Positions 42,700 through 51,647 of a DNA stretch of 64,000 nucleotides are shown here, piece by piece. The position numbers and the translations under genes were made by a program. Under the pieces are notes generated by a model. The model was not told the origin of the DNA. It searched no databases and worked only from the letters and a program-made list of their open reading frames with translations. Each line of letters starts with the position of its first letter. The first letter of the stretch is position 1. This stretch comes from Clostridia bacterium (GTDB taxonomy: Bacteria; Bacillota; Clostridia; Christensenellales; CAG-1252). The stretch lies in NCBI GenBank assembly GCA_024685775.1, contig JAIKVL010000033.1, positions 7,908-71,907 on the forward strand. The letters run 5' to 3'.

Positions 42700-44382
42700 A
42701 TGAAATTCCCCGTAAAAAGACTTATCAAAAATGCGAAACGGAGAAAGACCTTGATCGGGATTGCGATCGCTGCGGCGGTCATTGCGCTGATCGTCGGCGT
42801 TGCCGTTTTTATGGACGCAAGTTCCGTCACTTTGATCAACACGAACGCCAAAGCCGGTAGCATCATCGGCGGCGGCAGGATCAGCAGCGGCAGCAACGCG
42901 ACGATGCGTGCGGTCGCCTTCGACGGATACGTCTTTACGGAGTGGACGAATAAAGACGGTTCGGTCGCAAGCCGCGAGCCGAGCTACAAAATGCAGATCC
43001 CCGCGTCCGACATTACTCTTTACGCGAATTGGAAACTCATCGACTGGTCTTTGGAGCTCAATCTGAACAGCAACGACAACACGACCGAATACCCTAAGAC
43101 CTTTACCGTCGAATCCGAAACCATCTTTTTGAATCCGCCGACGCGAACCGGCTACACCTTCCTCGGTTGGTATCTCGACGAAAATTTTCTGAAACCCTAC
43201 AAATACGATTACATCCCCCAAGGCACGGCGGAAGAGATCACGCTTTACGCAAAATGGGCGCCGTCTTACAAGATCACCTACGATCTCGACGTCCGAGTTT
43301 CGAACGATCCCGATAATCCCACGACCTACACCGAGTTCAATTCCGTCCTTCTCGAAAGCCCCGTTTGGTACGAGCTGAACGACCGCGGACAATCGACGGG
43401 CGGCAGCTATAAGTTCCTCGGTTGGTACGACGAAGGCAACAATCGCGTTACGGAGATTCCCAAAGAATGGAAGCGCGACGTTACCCTTCACGCGCGCTGG
43501 GATATGACAGACCCCGTTTATTACAACATCTACACGAAAGGCAACTACATCTACGTCGACCTCGGGCATTACCCCAACCATATCCTCGAAGACCCCGCGA
43601 CCTTATATTTCCTCAAAGAAGCAATCCGAACCGGCGCGATCGAGCCCGACCCCGAAACGCATCTTTTCAGCTATCAAAACACGCTGTACGCGCAAGCGAC
43701 CGCGTCACCCTATCAAAGCGGAACGTATTTCAGCGACGACACCTACGTTAAAAAAGGCGAATCCTTCTTCTTCATCGTGGAGCCGATCCGTTGGCGCGTC
43801 CTCTCGGGCGATCCGAACGACCCGAATTCCGTCGTCACCCTTCTTTCGGAAGACATCTTGACCGCCTCCCCGTTCCAGACCTCGCTGCAAGTCCGCTCCT
43901 ATGCGGGCGTCCCCGTCTACGCGAACAACTGGGAAAAGAGTATGCTGCGCGAGTTTCTGAACGGAACCTTCTACGCCGAAGCGTTCAAAGAAGGCGAAGC
44001 GAAATTCATTCAAACGACGCAAGTGGATATCGGTAGGGGCGTTTCTCACTTCGACACCTTCGCAAACGGCAAAAAGTGCGACGATAAGGTTTACCTTTTG
44101 AGCTACAAAGATCTCGCGAATTCGAAATATCATTGGGATCACTGGACGAAGACCGAAGATTCCCGCAAAGTCGCGAAAGCGACCGATTACGCCAAAGCGA
44201 TGGGCGTTTACAGCAGCCTGAACGGCGGGAAAGAGCGCGACGCTTGCCACTGGTGGCTTCGCACGCCGGGCGACTTTGAGGACACCGCGTCTTTGACGAC
44301 GGCGCTCGGAACGGTCGGCACTTATAACGTAAAAACGTCTTGCATCGGAGTCCGCCCCGCGATCACCGTCAAACTCGGCTGA
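42700..44382 (+). CDS. Secreted/anchored surface protein: Listeria-Bacteroides (InlB B-type, Flg_new) repeats plus a DUF6273-like C-terminal domain
   Basis: ATG 42700 is preceded by AGGAGGG, and the signal-anchor is KTLIGIAIAAAVIALIVGVAVF. The repeats are GYVFTEWTNKDG...ITLYANW, GYTFLGWYLDENF...ITLYAKW and YKFLGWYDEGNN...VTLHARW. The C-terminal part has FFIVEPIRWRVL, YLLSYKDL, WWLRTPG and GVRPAITV. Confidence 0.8.
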   Translation: MKFPVKRLIKNAKRRKTLIGIAIAAAVIALIVGVAVFMDASSVTLINTNAKAGSIIGGGRISSGSNATMRAVAFDGYVFTEWTNKDGSVASREPSYKMQIPASDITLYANWKLIDWSLELNLNSNDNTTEYPKTFTVESETIFLNPPTRTGYTFLGWYLDENFLKPYKYDYIPQGTAEEITLYAKWAPSYKITYDLDVRVSNDPDNPTTYTEFNSVLLESPVWYELNDRGQSTGGSYKFLGWYDEGNNRVTEIPKEWKRDVTLHARWDMTDPVYYNIYTKGNYIYVDLGHYPNHILEDPATLYFLKEAIRTGAIEPDPETHLFSYQNTLYAQATASPYQSGTYFSDDTYVKKGESFFFIVEPIRWRVLSGDPNDPNSVVTLLSEDILTASPFQTSLQVRSYAGVPVYANNWEKSMLREFLNGTFYAEAFKEGEAKFIQTTQVDIGRGVSHFDTFANGKKCDDKVYLLSYKDLANSKYHWDHWTKTEDSRKVAKATDYAKAMGVYSSLNGGKERDACHWWLRTPGDFEDTASLTTALGTVGTYNVKTSCIGVRPAITVKLG

Positions 44383-44608
44383 TCCTCTCGGACCTCGAAG
44401 CGATAAGAACATGAAACGTTGCGCCCGACTTACGGCTTTTTGACGTTTTTCGCGATCATTACGGCGACCGCCCTTTCTTCCGAAAACGCGGAAGAGTCGG
44501 TCGCCCGTTCTTTTGTTATCGCGCGTACGAAGAGAAAAACGCCCGCCGAACCTCGTAACGGCGGACGTCAATCAAACGAAATCGAAAATCAACAAGGAGA
44601 GACTCATT

Positions 44609-45532
44609 ATGCGGGAATTTAAGCTCAAAAGTTTTGACGAAACGGAAATCTATTGCACTATCTGGGACGACGTGCACGCGCCGAAAGGCGTCGTCCAACT
44701 CCTTCACGGGATGAGCGAGTACGGCGGGCATTACGCGGGATTCGCCGAGTATCTGAATTCCCGCGGCTATATCGTCTTCGCGGACGATCACCGCGCGCAC
44801 GGAAGAACGGAAACGGAAAAAGAGCGCGGCAGGCATAAGGGCAACATTTTCCGCGACACGTTGAAGGACGAACTCTTCTTCCGCGAGTGGCTCAAAGAGC
44901 AATACGACCTTCCGATCTTTTTGGCGGGGCATTCCTACGGCAGTTTTCTCTGTCAGGCGTTCGCCGAATCCGAGACGGACGTCCCCGCGATCGCGATCTT
45001 CGGGACGGGACACATGCGCACGCTTTGCACGATCGGCAAGATCCTGACGATCCCCCTCTTCCTCGTGGCGAGGAATTGGCGACCTAAATTCGTAAACTTC
45101 CTTTCGGACAACCTGTTTCGCTTCAAGGGAGACAAAGGTAAAGCGCAATGGATCAACGACACCGCGGCGGTCCGCGAAGCCTTTATCCGCGGCGAATACA
45201 CCCACACCGACATGAGCGTCGCTTTCGACTACTATATGATGAGTGAAGCAATCAAACTATATAAGAAAAAGAATCTCGCTAAGCTGAACCCGAAAACTCC
45301 GATCGGCATTTTCTGCGGCACGCAGGACGTCGTCGGACTTTGCACGAGAGGCGCGAAAAAGCTCGACCGCACCTATAAAGAATGCGGCGTGCCGAGCGAA
45401 CTCCGCTTCTACGAAGGCTCCCGCCACGAGATCGTCTACGGTAAAAACGCCGATCGGGCGAGAGCGGATATCGCGGACTTTTTCGATCGCGTCCTCGAAG
45501 GCTCTTCGCAAAGCGGCGCGGAGGAAAACTGA
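44609..45532 (+). CDS. Alpha/beta hydrolase (lysophospholipase / monoacylglycerol-lipase-like)
   Basis: ATG 44609 is preceded by AAGGAGA. It has VVQLLHGMSEYGGHYAGFAEYL, the nucleophile elbow LAGHSYGSF, and C-terminal GSRHEI. Confidence 0.75.
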   Translation: MREFKLKSFDETEIYCTIWDDVHAPKGVVQLLHGMSEYGGHYAGFAEYLNSRGYIVFADDHRAHGRTETEKERGRHKGNIFRDTLKDELFFREWLKEQYDLPIFLAGHSYGSFLCQAFAESETDVPAIAIFGTGHMRTLCTIGKILTIPLFLVARNWRPKFVNFLSDNLFRFKGDKGKAQWINDTAAVREAFIRGEYTHTDMSVAFDYYMMSEAIKLYKKKNLAKLNPKTPIGIFCGTQDVVGLCTRGAKKLDRTYKECGVPSELRFYEGSRHEIVYGKNADRARADIADFFDRVLEGSSQSGAEEN

Positions 45533-45587
45533 CGCTCTCCGCAATGCGCTCCCAAAAACCGCGGTCTTCCCCACCCCCGCGAAACGT

Positions 45588-45616
45588 TTGCGTCGTGGCG
45601 GGGCGCGTGCTATAAT
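45588..45616 (+). promoter_or_regulatory. Sigma-70-type promoter for the 45645 gene
   Basis: It reads TTGCGT (45588-45593), a 17 nt spacer, then TATAAT (45611-45616) with TGc immediately upstream. Confidence 0.5.
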
Positions 45617-45644
45617 AAAATAACTCTTTTCGGAGGATATAAAA

Positions 45645-46373
45645 ATGGTAACCTATATTTTGCTCGCCCTCGGCGGCGTCAGTTTGATTTTCTTTTTACT
45701 TTTCCGCGATCAGGACGGCGGAATCCTTCCGCTCGCGCTGAAAACCGTGACCAGCCTGCTCTTCGTCGGAACGGCGATCGCGGCTGCCGTCGGGAATTAC
45801 AACTTGACAGGGACGGAATCCTTCGGCAAGATCGCGTTTATGGGGCTCGTTCTTATGGGACTCGTCTGCGGTTTGGTCGGCGACATCGCGCTCGACCTCA
45901 AAATCACCTATTTCGAAACCAGCGTTCGTCACAGCGATCTGTACACCTTTATGGGGATCAGTTCGTTCGGGATCGGGCACATCTTCTACGTTATCGCGAT
46001 CGCAACGCTTTTCGGTTTCTCGCCTTGGGCGATTTTGATCGCCGCCGCCGCGACCGCCGCGGTCTTCGGGATCGGAAAATTCCTCTTTAAGATCAATTTC
46101 GGAAAGTTCTTTATCCTCTGCGTGATCTACGCGTTCCTTTTGACGCTCTTCCTCTCTTCCGCGATCGTGGGCGGGATTTTGAGCGGATTCGGTCTGTCCG
46201 TGATCCTTTTGATCGTCGGCGCGTCGCTTTTCCTCGGCTCCAACCTGCTCCTCGCTTTCATTTATTTCGACGGGAACGACAGCCGCATTATGATCATCCT
46301 CGACAACGTCCTTTACTACGGCGGGCAGTTCGCGATCGCGCTCAGCCTTTTCTACCTCGGAACGTTGCTTTGA
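45645..46373 (+). CDS. Polytopic membrane protein, possibly of the YhhN/lysoplasmalogenase family
   Basis: The protein is 242 aa with about 7-8 hydrophobic helices and a GGAGGA RBS. The YhhN assignment rests on size and topology only and is tentative. Confidence 0.35.
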   Translation: MVTYILLALGGVSLIFFLLFRDQDGGILPLALKTVTSLLFVGTAIAAAVGNYNLTGTESFGKIAFMGLVLMGLVCGLVGDIALDLKITYFETSVRHSDLYTFMGISSFGIGHIFYVIAIATLFGFSPWAILIAAAATAAVFGIGKFLFKINFGKFFILCVIYAFLLTLFLSSAIVGGILSGFGLSVILLIVGASLFLGSNLLLAFIYFDGNDSRIMIILDNVLYYGGQFAIALSLFYLGTLL

Positions 46374-46396
46374 TCTTTTCCAAATCGCAATACGAC

Positions 46397-46427
46397 AAAA
46401 AAAGCGATCCGTTCGGATCGCTTTTTT
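46397..46427. terminator. Bidirectional intrinsic terminator between convergent genes
   Basis: The stem-loop is AGCGATCC-GTTC-GGATCGCT, flanked by A7 upstream and T6 downstream. Confidence 0.85.
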
Positions 46428-46445
46428 CTATGCTTGCAGATTCTC

Positions 46446-48722
46446 CTATTTCCCGATGACCGCTTGCGCGATCTTGACCGTTTCGAGCGCGTCTTTCCCG
46501 TAATAGTCCGCGCCGACTTCCGCGGCGTACTCCTTCGTCAGGACCGCGCCGCCGACCGCGACTTTCGCGGTGGACCCCGCCGCCTTCAACGCTTCGATCG
46601 TCCGTTTCATCGAAGGAACGGTCGTCGTCATAAGCGCGGAAAGCCCCACAAGGGGCGCTTTCGTCTTTTTCCAAGCTTCCACGACCGTTTCCTCGGGGAC
46701 GTCCTTCCCGAGATCCAAAACTTTGAACCCGTAGCTTTGCAGAAGCATCTTGACGATATTCTTTCCGATATCGTGGATATCGCCTCGGACGGTTGCGAGG
46801 ATCACGTCGGGCAGAGCCTCGCCGTCCTCTTCCTTTTTCATTACTTCCATTCCGCGTTTAACGACTTCCGCCGCCGCGATCAATCGAGGCAGGAACACCT
46901 CTCCTTTCTCGAATTTCGCGCCGATCTCGTTCAGCGCGGGGATAAATTCTTCGTTTATGACGTCGAGCGGCGCGCGCGTTTTCAGCGCTTCTTCGACCGC
47001 GCTCTCGATCCCGCCAACGACGCCGCAAAAGATCATTCCGCGGATCCCTTCCGCGCCGTCCTTATCGAACGTAAAATAGGACGAGGTATCGAGCGAAATG
47101 AGTTTGCCCGAAAGCGGTTCCGCATACTCTTGAACGAGCGGATTCAAAATCGGAGCGGAAAGCCCCGCTCTCAGACAGCGCGACAAAAACGCCGCGTTGA
47201 TCTTCAATCTGTCCGGCATTCCGAAACTGACGTTACTGACGCCGAGCACCGTCTTTACGCCGAGCTCTTTCGTCACCTTTTCCACGGCGAGCGCAGTCTC
47301 TTCGGCTTGCGTCTCGTCCGTCGCGATCGTCATGACCAAACAGTCGATCAAAATATCCTTCTTGGGAATCCCGCGCTCCGTCAAAGCGGAGACAAGCTCT
47401 TTCGCGAACGCGAAACGCTCTTCGTGCGTCTTCGGCATCGTCTCGCCGAGACACAGCCCGACGAGCGCCGCGCCGTACTTCTTCGCGATCGGCGCGATCC
47501 TTTCCACGCTCTCTTTTTTGAGGTTTACGGAATTGATGATGGGCTTACCCGCGTAGATACGGCAAGCGGCTTCGAGCGCCTCTTTCGACGAGGAATCGAG
47601 TTGGAGCGGAAGATCGATCGTCCCTTGCAGTTCCTTGACGACTTTCGTCAAAACCGTCTTTTCGTCGATCTCGGGAAGCCCGACGTTTACGTCCAGAATG
47701 TCCGCGCCGGCGCGTTCTTGGTCGATCGCTTCGCGCAGGAGATAATCCATATCCCCTTCGATCAAAGCGGCTTTGAGTTTCTTTTTTCCGGTCGGGTTCA
47801 ACCTTTCGCCGATGATCTTGACTCCCTCGTCCAAAATGACGGTCTTCGTGGCGCTCGTGGCGGCGGTGACCTCTTTCACCTCTCTCCGAACGGGCGTCAT
47901 ACCTTGCAGGATTTGTTTCAGCGCGGAAATATGCTCGGGGGTCGTTCCGCAGCACCCGCCGAGGATGGACGCGCCCGCCTTCGCGATCTCTTTCATCGCG
48001 GCGGCAAAAGAAGTCGGCGTGTCGTCGTACACGGTTTTTCCGTCCACGACTTTCGGAAGCCCCGCGTTCGGCTGGACGATGACGGGACAGGTCGCGTACT
48101 TGCAAACCTTTTCGACCATCGGAAGCATATCCTTCGCGCCGAGAGAGCAGTTGATCCCGACCGCGTCCGCGTGAAGCGCGGAAAGCGTGATCGTGGCGGT
48201 GACGGGATCCGTCCCGAGGAAGGTTCTTCCGTCCTCCATATAGGTCATCGTAACGTAAACGGGGAGCGAGGTATTCTCTTTTGCGGCAAGGAGCGCGCAT
48301 TTCGCTTCCAAAAGATCGCTCATCGTCTCGATGAGGATCAAGTCCGCGCCCGCTTCTTCGCCCCAAATCACGATCTTTTTATAGTTTTCGTAGGCTTCGT
48401 CGAAGCCGAGCGTCCCGTTCGGTTCGAGAAGCGCGCCGTGAGAAGAGACGTCAAGCGCGACCTTTTTCGCGCCCGATTCCTTCGCGATCTTCACGCCGCT
48501 CTTGATGACCGCCTCGACGTCCGCGCCTTTCATTTTGAAAGGATTCGCGCCGAAGGTATTGGCGGTGACGACGTCCGCGCCCGCTTGAACGTAGGCTTTG
48601 TGGATCTCGGAAACGATCTCGGGATGCGTCAGATTATAAAGCTCGGGGAATGCGCCGGCTTTCAGCCCGCGCGCCTGCAACATCGTCCCCATTGCGCCGT
48701 CGAACAATAAAAACTCTTTCAT
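46446..48722 (-). CDS. metH: Cobalamin-dependent methionine synthase core (Hcy-binding, pterin-binding and B12-binding domains), lacking the activation domain
   Basis: ATG 48722 begins MKEFLLFDGAMGTMLQ. The Hcy S-methyltransferase region contains GINCSLG and GGCCGTTP. The B12 motif is GDIHDIGKNIV...LGKDVP...LVGLSALMTTT. The ORF track starts at 48752. Confidence 0.9.
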   Translation of the reverse strand: MKEFLLFDGAMGTMLQARGLKAGAFPELYNLTHPEIVSEIHKAYVQAGADVVTANTFGANPFKMKGADVEAVIKSGVKIAKESGAKKVALDVSSHGALLEPNGTLGFDEAYENYKKIVIWGEEAGADLILIETMSDLLEAKCALLAAKENTSLPVYVTMTYMEDGRTFLGTDPVTATITLSALHADAVGINCSLGAKDMLPMVEKVCKYATCPVIVQPNAGLPKVVDGKTVYDDTPTSFAAAMKEIAKAGASILGGCCGTTPEHISALKQILQGMTPVRREVKEVTAATSATKTVILDEGVKIIGERLNPTGKKKLKAALIEGDMDYLLREAIDQERAGADILDVNVGLPEIDEKTVLTKVVKELQGTIDLPLQLDSSSKEALEAACRIYAGKPIINSVNLKKESVERIAPIAKKYGAALVGLCLGETMPKTHEERFAFAKELVSALTERGIPKKDILIDCLVMTIATDETQAEETALAVEKVTKELGVKTVLGVSNVSFGMPDRLKINAAFLSRCLRAGLSAPILNPLVQEYAEPLSGKLISLDTSSYFTFDKDGAEGIRGMIFCGVVGGIESAVEEALKTRAPLDVINEEFIPALNEIGAKFEKGEVFLPRLIAAAEVVKRGMEVMKKEEDGEALPDVILATVRGDIHDIGKNIVKMLLQSYGFKVLDLGKDVPEETVVEAWKKTKAPLVGLSALMTTTVPSMKRTIEALKAAGSTAKVAVGGAVLTKEYAAEVGADYYGKDALETVKIAQAVIGK

Positions 48723-48723
48723 A

Positions 48724-49326
48724 TCATTCCCCCGCATCCGCTTTTTTCTCAAACACGCCGACGATCCCGACGACGCTTTTTCTCGGAAGCAACAGTCCGC
48801 CTTCCGTCACGGAAAGCCCGATCTTTTTCGCCGCGTTCAAAGCGCGGGCGACGCTCTCGTTAAAAAGAAGCGATAAGTCTCCGTAGCCGGGGCAAAAGCG
48901 GAAATTCGTCCTCAACCCTTTTGCCGCAAAGGCGTCTCTTTCCTTTTGAAGTTCTTCATCCGCCGCGAGTTCGGCGTACACGCTTGCGATCGCATTCAAA
49001 GCGACGCTCTCCGACGGGCGCGAATACGAGAGTTCTTTGATCCTTTTATCCGCGAGCGCGCCGAGCGTAAACGCGTTCAGAAGCGCGAAAGACGCGCCGT
49101 CCAAATGCTTTTTTATGCTGTCACCCGTCAAGCAAACGTCCGTTCCTTCGAGGCAAACGCCCTCGCTCGAAAAGAGAACGGGGAACGCCGCGAAAAGAGA
49201 ACGCGGACAAAAGCACGAGACGTTCTCGTCGTACACCCTTTCCAAAAGGCTCTCGGAAGACGGGTCCGACTGCTTCGCGCCGAGAGAAAGGCAGGCGGCT
49301 TTCAGGACGCGCGCTTCCTCCATCAT
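48724..49326 (-). CDS. Stand-alone methionine synthase activation (reactivation) domain-like protein
   Basis: The protein is 200 aa. FRFCPGYGDLSL and LLLPRKSVVGIVGV resemble the Met_synt_B12 domain. Its start overlaps the metF stop as ATGA. Confidence 0.65.
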   Translation of the reverse strand: MMEEARVLKAACLSLGAKQSDPSSESLLERVYDENVSCFCPRSLFAAFPVLFSSEGVCLEGTDVCLTGDSIKKHLDGASFALLNAFTLGALADKRIKELSYSRPSESVALNAIASVYAELAADEELQKERDAFAAKGLRTNFRFCPGYGDLSLLFNESVARALNAAKKIGLSVTEGGLLLPRKSVVGIVGVFEKKADAGE

Positions 49327-50189
49327 TTCAAGTAGCCGAGCGCTTTCAGTCTCTCCACGAGACCGCGCGCGACTTCGGGACGATTCATCGTGTAAAAGTG
49401 GATATCGTCCACGCCCATATCGAAAAGCTCCGCGACTTGCTTCGCCGCGTAATCGAGACCGGCGGACAACAGCCCCTCTTTATCGAACTCGTAACGATTC
49501 AAAATGCGGATGATCTCCCCGGGAAGCGAAACGGCGCACATATAGATCATTCGATTGACCTGCGCTTTGCTCATAATCGGCATAATGCCCGCGCAAACGG
49601 GCGATTCGATCCCCGCTTTGTCCACGCGGTCGAAAAACTCTTTGAAGCGCCGATTGTCAAAGCAGAGCTGCGACACGAAATAGGACGCGCCGAGCTCTTC
49701 TTTTTTCTTCATATATTTGATATCTTCGTCCAAACACGGGGAAGAAGGATGTCCCTCGGGATAGCAACTCGCGCCGACGCAAAACCCTTTTTCGACGAGA
49801 TACGGCATGATCTCGGTCGGATGCGAATATCCGTCTTTGACGGCGAGATCTTCGATTCGATCGCCGCGGAGCGCGAGGACGTTCTCGATCCCTCTCGCCG
49901 CGAAGGAATCCACGACGCGCTTCACCTCGCTCTTTTCGCTGTTGATGACCGTGACGTGACAACAGGAAGGCATATGATAATCGCTTTGCGCCATATACGC
50001 GATCTCTTCGGTCAAAGCGTCGTTTTTGGAACCGCCCGCGCTGTACGTCACGCTGACGTAAGAAGGAGCGAGCGGAGAAAGCTCCGCAAGAAGGGAACGC
50101 ACGACGAAGACATCGAATTCGCCTTTCGGCGGAAAGATTTCGAAAGAAAGCGTGTTTCCTCTTTTTTTGATAACGTCCCGAATTTTCAT
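49323..50189 (-). CDS. metF: Methylenetetrahydrofolate reductase
   Basis: LSFEIFPPKGE...SVTYSAGGS...ALRGD...AGIMPI. The RBS is AGAGGTGA. Confidence 0.9.
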   Translation of the reverse strand: MKIRDVIKKRGNTLSFEIFPPKGEFDVFVVRSLLAELSPLAPSYVSVTYSAGGSKNDALTEEIAYMAQSDYHMPSCCHVTVINSEKSEVKRVVDSFAARGIENVLALRGDRIEDLAVKDGYSHPTEIMPYLVEKGFCVGASCYPEGHPSSPCLDEDIKYMKKKEELGASYFVSQLCFDNRRFKEFFDRVDKAGIESPVCAGIMPIMSKAQVNRMIYMCAVSLPGEIIRILNRYEFDKEGLLSAGLDYAAKQVAELFDMGVDDIHFYTMNRPEVARGLVERLKALGYLK

Positions 50190-50223
50190 TTTTCACCTCT
50201 ATTGCGATTTTCGCTTATTATAA

Positions 50224-50252
50224 ATTATAATTTCCCGAGGTTTCAAAGTCAA
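50224..50252 (-). promoter_or_regulatory. Sigma-70-type promoter for metF / activation domain / metH
   Basis: On the minus strand it reads TTGACT (50252-50247), a 17 nt spacer, then TATAAT (50229-50224). The leader is only about 30 nt. Confidence 0.65.
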
Positions 50253-50277
50253 TGTTTTCGTTCACGCAAACTTGTTG

Positions 50278-50305
50278 TTGCAATACGAATAAAGTATGAT
50301 ATAAT
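50278..50305 (+). promoter_or_regulatory. Sigma-70-type promoter for the 50343 gene
   Basis: It reads TTGCAA (50278-50283), a 16 nt spacer, then TATAAT (50300-50305) with the TGa extended -10. Confidence 0.6.
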
Positions 50306-50342
50306 AAAATATAACGATCCGAACGAAAAGCGAGGTTAAATT

Positions 50343-51644
50343 ATGCGTAGCAACAATTCGAAAGAAAGGAACGACAAACCGATCGGTTTCTTCCCGACCC
50401 CACGCGACGAAGAAGAATCTCTTCCCGAAGTTTACGCAGCTTCGGAGGAAGAAGACGCTTCTCCGATCGAAAGCGCGGAGGCGCCCGAAGAAGCTCCCGC
50501 CTTGGAAATAGAAGAACCCGCGGTACCGGAAAAACCCGCGGTACCGGAAGAGATCGCAGTCCCGGAGGAAGTTCCTTTTCCGACCGAAGAGTCCGCTCCC
50601 GCGCCCCAAGAAGAGGAAGCGCCGAGGGAGTACGGCGCGCCGCAACCCCTTTTCGAAGATATCATCCCCGCCGGATTCTCGCTCGAAGAGAAAAAGAAAG
50701 AGCGTGAAAGGGAAAAAGAGCGCATCGCCGCGATCAAGCGGGCGGAAGCCGAAGAAAAGCGCCGCCAAAAAGAATGGGAAGAAGGCGAAAAGAAGCGCAA
50801 AAAGGAAGAAGAAGCCGACGCGAAAAAGCAGTCGAAAAACGATAAGAAGAAATCGAAGAGCGCCGAGGCGATCGCGATCGAAGATGCGGAAGCCGCCGAG
50901 ATCCCGAGCGAAGAAAACGCCGGAACCTCCAAGAAAAAGAAAAAAGAAGCTCCCATCCTCGCGGACGATTTCTTCGCTTCTCCCGCCAAAGAGTACACGA
51001 AGGCGGAAGCGCGCCTCCGCAGAAAATACAAAATGAATAACGACGTCCTCCTTTCGGAAAACGACGTCGTCCCGGGGTTCGTCATCGCGAAAGGCGAAAA
51101 CATCGTCCGCACCTATAACTGCCTTTCCGGAAAAGGCGGCGGCACGATCTGCCTGACGAATAAACGCCTTTTGATCAACGCGACGGAACGCTCCGAAATG
51201 GACATCAAACAGGTCTCGGGGATCAAATTCAGCAACTACACGAATTTCAATTTCTTAAAATTCCTGTTCGGTCTTATTTTCGTCGCGCTCGGCGGCTTTT
51301 TGATCGCCGTTCCCGCGATCCGCAATTCGGTCGCGATCCCCTATCTCACGGGCGAAGCGTACAAATCTTGGTTTGCCTACGTCCTTTATCCGTGCGGCGG
51401 CGTCTCCGCCTTGATCGGTCTGCCGCTTCTTTTTACGACGATCAAGACGTCGTTCTATTTCTACGTCTACGCGCGCGTGGAAACGCCCTTCCTCGAATGC
51501 AAGAGCGCGGCGCTGGCAAAGCGCGAGCGCAAAGAAAAAGCCTACAAATTTATGGTCGCGAAACCGGGCAAAGAAAGCGACAAAGCCGCTCGCGAACTCG
51601 GCGCGCTGATCATTGAAGTCAAAGACGGGAAGTACGATAACTGA
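50343..51644 (+). CDS. Membrane protein with a long acidic/Lys-rich disordered N-terminus, a PH/GRAM-like segment and TM helices
   Basis: The protein is 433 aa. Residues 1-200 are E/P/A/K low complexity. Then come NIVRTYNCLSGKGGGTICLTNKRLLINATE and hydrophobic helices (FLFGLIFVALGGFLIAVPAI, YVLYPCGGVSALIGLPLLF). Confidence 0.6.
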   Translation: MRSNNSKERNDKPIGFFPTPRDEEESLPEVYAASEEEDASPIESAEAPEEAPALEIEEPAVPEKPAVPEEIAVPEEVPFPTEESAPAPQEEEAPREYGAPQPLFEDIIPAGFSLEEKKKEREREKERIAAIKRAEAEEKRRQKEWEEGEKKRKKEEEADAKKQSKNDKKKSKSAEAIAIEDAEAAEIPSEENAGTSKKKKKEAPILADDFFASPAKEYTKAEARLRRKYKMNNDVLLSENDVVPGFVIAKGENIVRTYNCLSGKGGGTICLTNKRLLINATERSEMDIKQVSGIKFSNYTNFNFLKFLFGLIFVALGGFLIAVPAIRNSVAIPYLTGEAYKSWFAYVLYPCGGVSALIGLPLLFTTIKTSFYFYVYARVETPFLECKSAALAKRERKEKAYKFMVAKPGKESDKAARELGALIIEVKDGKYDN

Positions 51645-51647
51645 ACT

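Noticed and set aside
42288-42896. A 202-aa minus-strand ORF spanning the S10 promoter region and the start of the surface-protein gene. A 288-aa minus ORF at 43705-44571 and a 309-aa one at 42652-43581 are similar cases.
   Set aside because: They overlap a consensus promoter and leader, or are antisense to a + strand gene with clear Flg_new/DUF6273 motifs. Their composition is Arg-rich or hydrophobic junk, and they have no RBS.
46434-48710. Very long + strand ORFs antisense to metH (758 aa). Similar cases lie antisense to nrdD (55665-57806, 713 aa), the E/F genes (15773-17629, 618 aa), secY (31443-32735), rplE-rplX (35571-36695) and the EAL protein (22875-24065).
   Set aside because: This is the same shadow-ORF phenomenon. 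The products are Arg/Leu/Asp-rich and low complexity. Each fully overlaps a gene with unambiguous family motifs on the other strand.
50190-50342. An expected SAM (S-box) riboswitch or T-box upstream of metF/metH.
   Set aside because: The intergenic region is only ~150 bp and is occupied by two back-to-back promoters. The metF leader is ~30 nt, and no S-box core (for example the GAGGGA...GCCC kink-turn / AUC-GAU pairing pattern) is visible.
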